Positions 40,872-51,312 of a stretch of 64,000 bases of DNA are shown here, in pieces. Below the pieces are notes generated by a model. The model ran no database searches. It was not told the DNA's origin and worked only from the letters and a program-made list of their open reading frames with translations. Position numbers and translations under genes: made by a program. The DNA is from Dehalococcoidia bacterium. Its GTDB lineage: Bacteria > Chloroflexota > Dehalococcoidia > Plut-88900. Positions within the stretch are counted from its first letter, which is position 1, and each line of letters opens with the position of its first letter. The stretch is taken from contig OZ240215.1 in NCBI GenBank assembly GCA_965197585.1, positions 3,328,001-3,392,000 on the forward strand, written 5' to 3'.

Positions 40872-42005
40872 ATGAATAACCTCAAGGATAAATGCGCCAT
40901 CGTCGGCATCGGCGAGACGGAATACTCGAAGGACTCGGGACGAAGTGAACTGTCCCTGGTCATCGACGCTTCCTTGAAAGCCATCGAGGACGCGGGCCTG
41001 CAGCCCGAGGACATCGACGGCATGGTCAGGTTTGTCGTCGACCCCACCAGCGAGGAAGAGGTCATTGCCTCCCTCGGCATTCCCGAGCTCACCTTTTTCG
41101 ACGAACTTGCCTACACGGGTACGGCTGCCGGGGGCCTTGTAGCTCACGCCTGCATGGCGGTGGCCACCGGGATGGCCAACAATGTCCTGCTTTACCGGGC
41201 CATGAACGGGAGGTCGGGGAAAAGGTACGGGTCTGGGGCAATAACCGGGCGCCGGGGGCAGGGTCAGGCGGCGTTCATGGAGCCTTTCGGACTCCTGGTC
41301 CCTGGCCAGCAACTGGCAATGTACGCCCGACGACACATGTACGAGTACGCCACGACGAGCGCGCAGTTCGGGGCCATATCGGTCGCATGCCGGAAGCACG
41401 CCAACATGAATCCTCGGGCCATCATGTACGGCCGACCCATGACCATTGAGGACCACCAGAACTCCCGAATGATCTACGATCCATTCCACCTCTTCGACTG
41501 CTGCCTGGAGACCGACGGCGGCGCAGCGATAGTCATCTCCTCCGCCGAGCGGGCCCAAGACATGCGTCAAAGGCCCGTATACGTTTCCGCTGTTGCCCAG
41601 AGCCTCGTCCCACCGATCTTGGAAAACGGGCCGATATCCCAGACCGTCGCTGCTGTGTCGGGGCCGAGACTCTTTGACATGGCGGGCATAACCCCCCAGG
41701 ACATCGACGCCGCTCAAATCTACGACCATTTCAGCGCCCTTGTTCTGTTCGCCCTGGAAGACTACGGGTTTTGCGCCAAGGGAGAGGGCGGGTCCTTCGT
41801 TGAGGGTGGCAGGATCGAAATAGGCGGCGAGTTGCCAATAAACACCGCTGGCGGCCATCTGTCGGAAGCGTACGTCCACACCGTGAACCATATTATCGAA
41901 GGTGTCAGGCAGCTCCGCGGCTGCTCGACTGCACAAGTTCCCGACGCCGAGTTCGTACTGGTAGACACGGGCGAAGGCGTCGGTGCGATGATCCTCCGCA
42001 GGTAA
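40872..42005 (+). CDS. Thiolase-like protein (Ltp2-like lipid-transfer protein/aldolase)
   Basis: AIVGIGETEYSKDSGRSE, RAMNGRSG, DCCLETDGG, YDHF, GGHLSEAY. Confidence 0.9.
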   Translation: MNNLKDKCAIVGIGETEYSKDSGRSELSLVIDASLKAIEDAGLQPEDIDGMVRFVVDPTSEEEVIASLGIPELTFFDELAYTGTAAGGLVAHACMAVATGMANNVLLYRAMNGRSGKRYGSGAITGRRGQGQAAFMEPFGLLVPGQQLAMYARRHMYEYATTSAQFGAISVACRKHANMNPRAIMYGRPMTIEDHQNSRMIYDPFHLFDCCLETDGGAAIVISSAERAQDMRQRPVYVSAVAQSLVPPILENGPISQTVAAVSGPRLFDMAGITPQDIDAAQIYDHFSALVLFALEDYGFCAKGEGGSFVEGGRIEIGGELPINTAGGHLSEAYVHTVNHIIEGVRQLRGCSTAQVPDAEFVLVDTGEGVGAMILRR

Positions 42006-42011
42006 CTGGAA

Positions 42012-42434
42012 ATGACCGAAGAGACTCTCCAACCCCTCCCCATACCCGTACCGTCCATTGATAACCGGGCCTTTTGGGAGGCCTGCAACCGGGGCGAGTT
42101 AGTCATCCAGCATTGCCCAAAGTGCGACGCCCTGCGCCATCCCCCTAGGCCCATGTGCCCCGGATGCCGGAGTAAGGAGTTAGGTTGGAAGAAGGTGTCG
42201 GGGCTGGGTACGGTCTACAGCTACACGGTGACCCACCAGGCGATTCACCCGTCGCTGCGAGGCCGGGTCCCGTGGACTGTGATAATGGTTGACCTAGACG
42301 AAGGCGTGAGGATGATTAGCCACATCGTCGACTGCCCTGCAGAGGACGTACAAATCGGCATGCGGGTGGAGGTGGTCTTCGAAGAGGTCGAGGCAGGCGT
42401 CACCCTCCCTTACTTCCGCCCGGCTGCCGATTAG
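42012..42434 (+). CDS. DUF35 Zn-ribbon/OB-fold protein
   Basis: FWEA, CPKC...CPGC, SG.GTVYSYT, IGMRVEVVF. Confidence 0.9.
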   Translation: MTEETLQPLPIPVPSIDNRAFWEACNRGELVIQHCPKCDALRHPPRPMCPGCRSKELGWKKVSGLGTVYSYTVTHQAIHPSLRGRVPWTVIMVDLDEGVRMISHIVDCPAEDVQIGMRVEVVFEEVEAGVTLPYFRPAAD

Positions 42435-42551
42435 GCAGCCCTTTCCCCCCCGTTCCCTCGAACACCACGAAGAGTCTCCCGAAGTACTATACGAGCGCGC
42501 TCCCCGGTAATTGACCCCCTATCAAAGCCCTGCTATATTCGACCCCTGATT

Positions 42552-42627
<76 letters not shown>

Positions 42628-42709
42628 CCACGTACTGTACTCATAACCCGCCCGCTTAGGCCGACCTCGGCGCTGTCCACGCACCCTATGGGACCGTCAT
42701 CCGGCGTGG

Positions 42710-43177
42710 TTATGGAGTAGAGGCCGCCGGCTCCGCCAGAGTGTGGGGGAACGTGCCACCGAAGAGGTCGCCCTCGGTGGGCCACTGGTCTCTGGGCAGC
42801 TCGTTGAAGGCTTCTATCATGTTTCCATCGGGATCGAAAAAATAGACGCCGAGCGATATTCCGTGATCATCCACCATGGAGATCTTCACGTCCCTTTGCT
42901 TCAAGTCCAGATACAGCTCCTGCAGCTCCTTGAAAGTCTCCATCTCCCAGGCAAAATGGTTGAGCCCTACGCGGCGTTGCTCTGGGCCCGGGGCGTCGGG
43001 TCCTACGGAGATCAGAGCCAGCTCGTGGGACGAGTCCTCCCCGGAGCTCATAAATATCACCCGGCCCGGCCATACGTTGGTGACGTGAAGACCCAGGACA
43101 TCCTTGTAGAACCTGACGGATGTATCGAGGTCGCGGACCGAAAGCACCAGGTGCCTGAGTCTTTTGGGTTTGACCAT
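42710..43177 (-). CDS. VOC/glyoxalase family protein
   Basis: LRHLVLSV.D...S..FY...LG, HFAW, DHG...VYF.DPDGN.IE. Confidence 0.9.
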   Translation of the reverse strand: MVKPKRLRHLVLSVRDLDTSVRFYKDVLGLHVTNVWPGRVIFMSSGEDSSHELALISVGPDAPGPEQRRVGLNHFAWEMETFKELQELYLDLKQRDVKISMVDDHGISLGVYFFDPDGNMIEAFNELPRDQWPTEGDLFGGTFPHTLAEPAASTP

Positions 43178-43222
43178 AGTCTCCTCCGTCGCCTGCTTCG
43201 AGCGAGCCCTCTTTGTCCTCTC

Positions 43223-43729
43223 CTACAGGAAGATGCTGATGTTTCTGGCATCCAGTATCGTCTGGTCTAAAATGATGGTCCTTCTGGCGATCTTCAGCTT
43301 GCCATCGACCCGCCTGAGGGTGTCCTGCCGGGTGCCGACGTAAATGTCCTGGTCGGTGTCCAGGCGGGTCCTGTAGACCAGGAAGTTGGAATGAACGTCA
43401 AACTCGGAGTGCCCATTGGCGACTTTTACTCGGATGTTGGAGATCAGATGCCGCGTTCGAGAGGGTGGAGTCTCCGCCCAGGCGGTCCCGGTATCCAGAC
43501 GAGCAACCCGCATCCGCAGGGTTTCCTTGGTGTCCTCGAAAAAGGCCGTTTCTCCAGGCTTGGACAGCTCTTCCGCCACCTCTCTGCTGTTCCGGTTCTC
43601 TCGCACCGGCATCCAATAGTGCAGATCGTCGGTGAACAGGTCCAGCCACTGGTGGAACCGACGGTCATCCAGGAGCTCCGCCTCTTCGTACAGGAGGTCT
43701 TCGACCTCATTCCGCAGGTCATCCGACAT
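43223..43729 (-). CDS. Aromatic ring-hydroxylating dioxygenase beta subunit
   Basis: EAELLD.RRF..WL, YWMP, AWAE.PPSRTRH.ISN, R.I.LDQ. Confidence 0.92.
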   Translation of the reverse strand: MSDDLRNEVEDLLYEEAELLDDRRFHQWLDLFTDDLHYWMPVRENRNSREVAEELSKPGETAFFEDTKETLRMRVARLDTGTAWAETPPSRTRHLISNIRVKVANGHSEFDVHSNFLVYRTRLDTDQDIYVGTRQDTLRRVDGKLKIARRTIILDQTILDARNISIFL

Positions 43730-44295
43730 GCTGGGCTGTCTCCACTTTACGAGTGGAATCACTCACTTCTCCCCAGGACTCCACAGCCATCAGCTCGGCC
43801 CAGCGTTCGTACATGGAGCGTTGGTTGATGTCGCTGTAGAATTCCCCCACCCTTCCCGGAAAATCCGGGTGCGTCGTCTCGTGTCCCATACCCATCTGGA
43901 AGTTAACGGGTACTCGCCTTGAAGCGGCGCCTCGTCCGGAGCGGGTGACCTGCATCCAGTTGTCCATGTCGTCCTGCTCCCACGTCCCCGCGGTCGAAAA
44001 AGTCTGTGTTACATTGATCCGCTGAGCTTCCTTGACCTCGGGAGGAGCGGCTTTATCGACGAAGGTCCATGCCCAGATTTCCGTCTCCATCCCGGCTCAC
44101 TATGATCGGGTCCTCCCCCATGTAGGTTGTGATGAAGTCCTCGGGGTTGGGCAGCTGGCTCTCGTGTCCCAAGAACAGCCAGCAACGGGCGAAAATCCGC
44201 TCCAGCTCCAGATCGTAGATCTCCCGATCGGCGAATATCCTGCGGTCGATCAGGCCCTGCTCCATGTCCACAAGTTGTTTATTATCGAAACTCAT
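43719..44295 (-). pseudogene. Ring-hydroxylating dioxygenase alpha subunit with large internal deletion
   Basis: N-terminal fragment ([20 protein letters not shown]...MGEDPIIV) abuts an out-of-frame C-terminal fragment (TEIWAW...GTWEQDD.DNW); Rieske CxH/CxxH motifs absent. Confidence 0.85.
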
Positions 44296-44403
44296 TCTCT
44301 AAAGCCATCCTGGTCAGGTCTGGTCTTGTCTCTTACGAAGCTCGCTATGCACTAAGTCTAGCGATGGCGTTACGGCGATTCAATCCATTTACCGTACCTG
44401 ACC

Positions 44404-45411
44404 TTAAATCGATACCTTTGCCCCGATGGGCTCCAGGACGTGCAGCTGCTCACGGGTCAGCTCAAGGTCGCTCGCCGAGGCGTTCTGCTCCAACTCTTCA
44501 AGGTTCTCGGGACCGATGACGGCGCTGGTCACCGCCGGACGAGAGAGCAGCCAGCCCAGTGCCAACTGTGCCGGAGGCAGCTCCCACTCCTTCGCTGCAG
44601 CATCCAGTTGCCTGGCCGCGTTCCTCTCATCGGCATTGAACCCGGGCCCCTGCCCCTCCAGCCATCGCCGGTCCCCGAGCGTGGAGACTGCCCTTGTTTC
44701 GAGGGTATCCAACCCGGTGAGCAGGCCGCCGGCCAGCGGGCTATAGCATGTGAGGCCAATACCAAAGCGCCGACAGGCGGGGACAACCTCCTCCTCGATG
44801 ACACGGGCGGCCATGCTGTACCGCATCTGAGTTGCCACCGGCTCGTACAGCCCCAGCATCCTTGACGTCATCACAATCTCAGTCATCTGCCAGGCAGGGA
44901 AGTTGGACAGGGCAAAGTACCGAATCTTGCCCTGAGGCACCAGGTCATCCATTGCCCGCAGGGTCTGATCGATGGGCGTGGAGGGGTCAGGGGCATGCCA
45001 GTAGTACAGGTCCAGGTAGTCGGTCCCGAGCCGTTTCAGGGTCCGCTCGATCATCCGCATGATGTGCACGCGCGTGAGGCCGCCACCACCCATTCCTCCC
45101 CCGTTGGGGCCCGGCAGCACCCGTTCTTGAACCTTGGAGGCGATTATCACGTCGTGACGGTGACCCTTGAGCGCCAAGCCGAGAATCTCCTCGGCGGACT
45201 TGCGCTGCTCGGCGGGAGGCGCTCCCGGTCGGCTAAACCTGGGCTGGTCGCCGTAGGAGTTTGCGGTATCGAAGAAGTTGATGCCCAGGTCCAGGGCCCG
45301 ATTGAACAGGGCTGGAGCGTCCTCTTCTCGAGGCGCCACGCCCAGGGCCGCTGTGCCGATACAGATCCGGGAAACGCGAACACCCGTATTTCCTAACGTG
45401 ACATACTGCAT
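44404..45411 (-). CDS. Aldo/keto reductase
   Basis: GINFFDTAN.YG, LGTDYLDLYYWH, YSPLAGG.LTG. Confidence 0.92.
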   Translation of the reverse strand: MQYVTLGNTGVRVSRICIGTAALGVAPREEDAPALFNRALDLGINFFDTANSYGDQPRFSRPGAPPAEQRKSAEEILGLALKGHRHDVIIASKVQERVLPGPNGGGMGGGGLTRVHIMRMIERTLKRLGTDYLDLYYWHAPDPSTPIDQTLRAMDDLVPQGKIRYFALSNFPAWQMTEIVMTSRMLGLYEPVATQMRYSMAARVIEEEVVPACRRFGIGLTCYSPLAGGLLTGLDTLETRAVSTLGDRRWLEGQGPGFNADERNAARQLDAAAKEWELPPAQLALGWLLSRPAVTSAVIGPENLEELEQNASASDLELTREQLHVLEPIGAKVSI

Positions 45412-45773
45412 GACAGGTCACCACCTTAAACGCTGTTTTGCCGAGGCGATGGGCCGGGTAGAGGCCCACGATAGCGGCCCGGCTCCCGCCTTAGATTACC
45501 ATGGCAACTTCTCCTACCTCGCTTCTACTTCGACCACATGGTTATTGATACACCTATCCAGACGTGAGAGGCAACTCATGATAATCGAAGTACCGTATAG
45601 GAATGCGTTGCATAAAATCTTCAATACATGGCATGAGTGTAAACCGTCGGCTTGATGGACTTGCCTCACCGGTCGCCGTATACCTCTCAAACTGGCTTCC
45701 CGAATGTAGCCTTCATGTGCGGATGCGCCCCACAGTTACTCAGGCCCTGCTCAGCGGAAAAAGCAGTCTGGCG

Positions 45774-45995
45774 ATGACAGTACCACTTAACCGCCTCCTC
45801 GTACTGGTTGCCGCAACGCTGACCCTTCTGGCCGTCATGCTCGCGACTGCCCACGCCGTCTACGCCCAGAGCGGCGACTATTCCTGCGCCACCGGCGAAG
45901 CGGTGACCGACCCGGACAACAGCCCCGGACTGGTGTCCGACTGCACCGCTCTCCTGGCGGTCATCCGCCTCTACTTTGCCGACGGCTCCACATAA
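45774..45995 (+). pseudogene. Truncated secreted-protein remnant (signal peptide plus Cys-containing cap)
   Basis: Signal peptide ending AHAVYA, then SCATGEAVTDPDNSPGLVSDCTALLA, then early stop. Confidence 0.5.
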
Positions 45996-46156
45996 GAACG
46001 TGAGTGATGGTGACTGGGGTGGTGGCGGCATGTCGAATAAGACAGTGACCCCGAGGTTCCGTTATTCCCGCGATGGCCTGAGTTCGGGGACGCCTTGGAT
46101 ATCCGTGCTATCCTGACAGGAGATCCCGCCTGACCCAATCCATAGGGAGGTGTCCG

Positions 46157-47902
46157 ATGACCACGACCATCCAGCGCCTGCTCGACGCCGGAACAGTAGA
46201 AGAAGTGCGGGCCCGGCGATGCACGGTAGTCACCGGAGGCGGACACGCCATCGCCGTCTTTCCCCTCGGAGACCGGTTCGCCGCCGTCGACAACCGATGC
46301 CCCCACATGGGTTTTCCCCTCGACAGGGGCACCGTCAGCAACGGAATCCTCACCTGCCACTGGCATCACGCCAGGTTCGACCTCTCCAGCGGCGGCACAT
46401 TCGACCCCTTCGCCGACGATGTGAGGGCCTTCCCGGTCACGGTCTCGGGAGGCCGTGTGTGGGTCGACCCCAGCCCGCCTACAGCCGACCCTGTGGAGAG
46501 GTGGTCGCGCCGCCTCGAAGACGGGATGGAGCACAACATCCGGCTGGTGATCGCCAAGTCGGTCCTCGGGCTCAACTCGTCCCCCTCCGACTACCACACG
46601 CCGCTGACTATCGGCGCCAGGTTTGGGACCACCTACTCGGATAGCGGCTGGGGAGCGGCCATGACTATGATGACCTGCTCGGCCAACATCCTCGCCTATC
46701 TCTACCCCGAAGATCGACCCCTAGCCCTCTACCAAGGCATCAGGCAGGTGGCCGCCGAGTGCGCCGGAAGACCTCCCCGCTTCCCGGTCGATCCCCTGCC
46801 CACGGGTGAGACCCGCCCCGAGGTATTCAAAGAATGGTTCCGTGGCTTCATCGAGGTCCGTGACGCCGAAGGCGCCGAGCGGTGTCTGCGCACAGCGATT
46901 GACCTGGGCATATCCTCCCGCGAGATCGCAGACATGGTCTTCGCCGCGGCTACGGACCGGGTCTATCTGGACGGAGGCCACGTCCTCGACTTCTGCAACA
47001 AGGCCTTCGAGTCGCTCGACCACATCGGCTGGGAGCACGCGGGCCAGGTGCTCACCAGCCTCGTGCAGGGCATAGCCACGGCGCGGCGCAGCGAGGAGCT
47101 CAACTCGTGGCGAAACCCCATCGACCTCTCCTCGCTGGTCTGGGAAGCCCGGAGTGCCCTACCCGACCTCTGGCGGCAGGGAGCCGGCTCCCGGGGAGCG
47201 TGGGACGGAGAGCAACTTCTCGTCGATACCATCCTCTCGGATGATCCATCTGCCACCCTCGAAGAGTTGGGTCAGGCGGTCCGGGCGGGCGCGACTGCCG
47301 AGCAACTGGGCGGTGCGGTCGCCTACGCCGCATTCCTCAGGATGGCCCGCTTCCACACCTCCAACGAGTTCGGGGACTGGGACACCGTCCACAATACCCT
47401 CACCGCCGCCAACGCGCTGCACCAGGCGCTGAAGCGCGCCCCTTCGGTCGAGTTGCTGCGCGCCGTGTTCGATACGGCGATCAGCATCTACCTCGACCGC
47501 TTCCTGAACATGCCGCCCCAGCGTATGCCCGAGTCGAACGGTGCACAGCCCTCGGACGACCTCGGGACAAGGTTACTGGAGGCGATGGACTCGCAGCAGC
47601 AGGTGGAACAGGCGGCCCGCATCGTGACCGACTACGTAGTAGCCTCTCCCAACCCAGATGATCTCCTCTCGGTGCTGGCCCACGCCATGCTCAGGGAGGA
47701 CTCTACCTTCCACCACTTCCAGATCGTCGATGCAGCGATAAAGCAGTACGAGGAGCGCAGGGGTACCGACGCGGCTCGGCACGTACTGGTCGGCGCGGCT
47801 AGGTTCCTGGCTGCCCACTACCCGACGCCAAGGGCCGTGAACCAGACCTTCAACATCGCCGCTCGCCTCCAGCGCGGCGACGAGATCTTCAAAGAGAAGT
47901 AG
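46157..47902 (+). CDS. Rieske [2Fe-2S] domain protein with large helical C-terminal region
   Basis: NRCPHMGFPL...TCHWHHARFD; GGAGG RBS. Confidence 0.88.
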   Translation: MTTTIQRLLDAGTVEEVRARRCTVVTGGGHAIAVFPLGDRFAAVDNRCPHMGFPLDRGTVSNGILTCHWHHARFDLSSGGTFDPFADDVRAFPVTVSGGRVWVDPSPPTADPVERWSRRLEDGMEHNIRLVIAKSVLGLNSSPSDYHTPLTIGARFGTTYSDSGWGAAMTMMTCSANILAYLYPEDRPLALYQGIRQVAAECAGRPPRFPVDPLPTGETRPEVFKEWFRGFIEVRDAEGAERCLRTAIDLGISSREIADMVFAAATDRVYLDGGHVLDFCNKAFESLDHIGWEHAGQVLTSLVQGIATARRSEELNSWRNPIDLSSLVWEARSALPDLWRQGAGSRGAWDGEQLLVDTILSDDPSATLEELGQAVRAGATAEQLGGAVAYAAFLRMARFHTSNEFGDWDTVHNTLTAANALHQALKRAPSVELLRAVFDTAISIYLDRFLNMPPQRMPESNGAQPSDDLGTRLLEAMDSQQQVEQAARIVTDYVVASPNPDDLLSVLAHAMLREDSTFHHFQIVDAAIKQYEERRGTDAARHVLVGAARFLAAHYPTPRAVNQTFNIAARLQRGDEIFKEK

Positions 47903-47915
47903 CAGGAGAGTAATA

Positions 47916-48269
47916 ATGAGCCAAGGGAAAATATTTAACTGGGATGGAGTGGAAACCAGGCATTCGTCGAACCATCCGGGGATAGCCGCAAAAGTGGTGG
48001 ATGGCAAGAACATGCAACTCATTTGGGCCGAGTTCCAACCCGGCGCCACTTACTCCCTCCACTCCCATGAGCGGGAACAATTCAGCTTCATGGTGAGCGG
48101 CCGAATGCGTCTCACCGTTGGGGAAGAAGTTGCGGAAATCGGACCCGGAGACATGTGGCATGCTCCGGGCAACGTAGTCCACGGCGGCGAAATCCTGGGG
48201 AACGAGCCCGTGGTGTTCGTTGATGTATACTCGCCGCCCGCGGAGGAGTTCAAACAGGACGGGGAGTAA
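47916..48269 (+). CDS. Cupin domain protein
   Basis: HSHEREQ...G, PGNVVHG, DVYSP. Confidence 0.9.
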   Translation: MSQGKIFNWDGVETRHSSNHPGIAAKVVDGKNMQLIWAEFQPGATYSLHSHEREQFSFMVSGRMRLTVGEEVAEIGPGDMWHAPGNVVHGGEILGNEPVVFVDVYSPPAEEFKQDGE

Positions 48270-48308
48270 CCGCCGGACTCCCTCCAGGAGGAAAGGGCTC
48301 TCAATCGA

Positions 48309-48410
48309 GTGGCCGAGGGACCGGTTTTGCCATCCTCAACGAGAGACTTGCCTTCAATGCTCGAGAGGGGCGATGCGGGGCTACTGATAGGAGACTCGGC
48401 GCTGTCCGCC
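48309..48410 (+). pseudogene. Fragment resembling MqnA (chorismate dehydratase)
   Basis: DLPSMLERGDAGLLIGDSAL resembles the MqnA DAALLIGD.AL motif; remainder unrelated. Confidence 0.4.
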
Positions 48411-48697
48411 AAATACGAGTCGTGTGAGGCCCCTCGGAGACTGCTGGTGAGGCAAAGGTGCAGGGGAGCGCTGTTGGAGGAAGAGGGTTTCCGCAAGCTA
48501 TGGCCCCTGACGCTAGAGATGTAGACGGCGATGGGGTCATTTGCTACAGGTGACGCCTGTAAGCTAACGTAGAGGGCCGAATGCGCTGATGGTTCTGGCT
48601 ATTCAGTCGGGAATACCGTCTTCGCAAACCATTGAAGGACATTCTGTAATCCCAACGATATCCGCTCCAGAATAGAGACTTCTCCAAAGCCGGGTGT

Positions 48698-49555
48698 ATG
48701 AACGTTAGACGCTTCGCCAGCAATCCGATTATCCATCTCGGTTCACACGCTGGTATGGGTGGCAACGTAAACGGGCCATCCCTCATCCAAGCCCCCGGTT
48801 GGATCGACCGACCCCTGGGCAGGTACTACCTCTATTTTGCCCATCACCAGGGCGACTACATCCATCTCGCCTACTCGGACAGCCTGGAAGGGCCGTGGCG
48901 GATCTACCAGCCAGGGACCCTGCATATTGAGGAGTCCTACTGCTACAACCACATCGCTTCCCCGGACGTGCACGTGGATGAGACCAACCGACAGGTCCGC
49001 ATGTACTATCATGGATGGGTTGGTGAAGAGGTACAGGGGACCAAGGTGGCCCTCTCCGATGACGGCATCAGATTCATAGCACGAGCTGGCAACCTAGGAG
49101 AGCCCTACTTCCGCCTGTTCCGCTGGGGCGGGTACTTCTACGCCCTGGCAATGCCTGGAATCTTCTACCGGTCGAAGGACGGCCTGACAGGGTTCGAGGA
49201 GGGGCCAACGTTGTTCACTTCCGATATGCGCCACTCGGCGGTGCGAGTTGTCGGCAATGAGGCAGAGGTCTACTACACCAACGCCTACGCCCAGCCCGAA
49301 CGAACCCTTCGCTCCCGAATCGACCTCAGCTGGGACTGGACTCGGTGGACCGCCTCCGAGCCGGAGGTGGTGCTGGAACCTGAAATGAAGTACGAGGGTG
49401 TAGACCTGCCTCAGGCGCCTTCCGCAAGAGGCGCCGTCATGGAGCCGGTGCGTCAGTTGAGAGACCCGGCGATATTCCAAGTCGGTGAGTCCGTCTATCT
49501 GCTGTACTCGGTGGCGGGTGAACAGGGCATAGCGATAGCTGAACTGCTCCAATAA
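48698..49555 (+). CDS. Beta-propeller glycoside hydrolase-like protein (GH43/GH130-like fold)
   Basis: NGPSLI, YYLYFAHH, HIASPDV, QLRDPAIF, LLYSVAGE. Confidence 0.7.
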   Translation: MNVRRFASNPIIHLGSHAGMGGNVNGPSLIQAPGWIDRPLGRYYLYFAHHQGDYIHLAYSDSLEGPWRIYQPGTLHIEESYCYNHIASPDVHVDETNRQVRMYYHGWVGEEVQGTKVALSDDGIRFIARAGNLGEPYFRLFRWGGYFYALAMPGIFYRSKDGLTGFEEGPTLFTSDMRHSAVRVVGNEAEVYYTNAYAQPERTLRSRIDLSWDWTRWTASEPEVVLEPEMKYEGVDLPQAPSARGAVMEPVRQLRDPAIFQVGESVYLLYSVAGEQGIAIAELLQ

Positions 49556-50031
49556 AGGGTCCACCGGATGGGCCTGGGCAGCACCTCGTGCCTTCTAAGA
49601 GACCACCGTCCAAACCGCGTGCTCCAAAAGGTCAAGTTCCCTGCCTTATAAACGGGGATGAGTGCCCATCTAGAACGTCTCGCATTCTCAGCGGATACCG
49701 GGGACGACGGCTGCACGATGTGCGGCAAGACGGGCCAACGTGGGAATACTGCTTGAACCGACGAAATAGTCCGTGCCGCCGACGCAAGAGGTCAGCGGGA
49801 TTGACCATCCAGGACAGCGGCCCACGAGTAGACAACTTTTGGTGTCTATTGCGAATCAGGCTTGAACGCTCGCAAAACAGCGAACTCAGGTGTAGCTAAC
49901 CTGCTTGGGGCCCGGTCTTGCCAGTAGCTGCAGATTACATTGGTATCGAAAATTATCAATTTGCTCACCTTCTCTCTTATCCCGTAGATGGCTGAAAAGG
50001 TGTATGGAGTGATGAAGGCTGTTAGGGGCTA

Positions 50032-51312
50032 TTACGAGGTTGCCGGCGCAAGTGCGGGCACACCCGATATGTACAGTCTTCGCGGTGTCGGTGTAAAGAC
50101 ACTGAGAACCATCACTCCCAGGAACGCCGCGCTTCCAACCAGTAGTATCCACCCGGGGTTGAACACGTCGGCCAGGACCCCGTTAGCGAAGTATGAAAAT
50201 GCCATAATCCCGCCGGCGTGAATCAGGTATATGCTGGTGATTCGACCACGAAGGTGATCAGGAGCTACCGACTGAATCATGATCGTAGCCATGGTCATGA
50301 AACCCGTATGAGAGATGCCTATAATCACGGTCCCCAACAGTGCCAGTGGCAGGGTGGGCGCTATTGCCAGAACGAAATTGCCTAGAGCGCTGACCACGGC
50401 CGTCACCAGGAAGAGTCGTCCTATCGCTGATTCCCTTCGCATTGGAGCAATTGCAACGGAGATTAATAGCGCACCAAAACCAACCATCATATGCATGTAG
50501 GCTACGCCGCCACCGCCGGAACCCAACCGGTTTTCCGAAATCGCTGGCACGAGCGATTCAAATGACATTATCAAAGTTCAGTGGAACAGCACTATCAGGA
50601 TGATGCTTCGTAGCACCTTATGGCCGTAGACGTATTTGAATCCTGAAAAAGCGTTGTCAAGCAAACCTTTGTCAGGATCTATGATGCCCGTAGATCGAGT
50701 GCGTATCCGGAGTACGAAGAATACCCCTACGCCGTAGAAAGCAGTGCAAGTGAAAAATATCCATTCCAGACCGACCACATCTATAATCGGTGCAATCACT
50801 CCGGGGCCTATCAGTCGGGTAGCGTAGTAGCCCGCGTTAACCAGGATATATGCGTTCGGCAGGACTTGCCCCGGTACCAGATTGGCAGCCAGAGATTCGA
50901 TGGCACCCATGTGGACTGCCCTGGCGCATCCGTTGACGAAGGCCAGAGCAAGAATGTGCCATGGTTGCACCACGCCAGTGAGGACCAGAAGGGCCAGGGT
51001 CAAGCTATGCAAAAGGCTGACGACGTAGGCTAACGTCAGTATGTTTCGTCGTATGAACCGGTCGGTTAAGTATCCGGCGATGATAGGTACAACGAACCAG
51101 GGGAGCATAGCTACGAGAAATATCGCTCCCACCCAGGTGCTGGGATTACTGTCAGCCAGGTTGAAAATCAGCCACCCTTCGGCGGCTCCCATGGCCCACG
51201 ATGCCGATTCGCCGAAGATGTGCCCGAACCACATCACTCGATAATCCCGGTGGGCTAGGGCCGGCAAAAAACGCTGGCCCGCGTTCCGCTGAGCGCGCAT
51301 GATGCCTAACAT
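50032..51312 (-). CDS. MFS transporter with in-frame TGA at 50578-50580 (Sec readthrough candidate or pseudogene)
   Basis: ORFs 50578-51312 and 50032-50574 are in frame (...LIVLFH*TLIMSFES...); AGYLTDRFIRR and Q..APDHLRGR MFS motifs. Confidence 0.8.
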
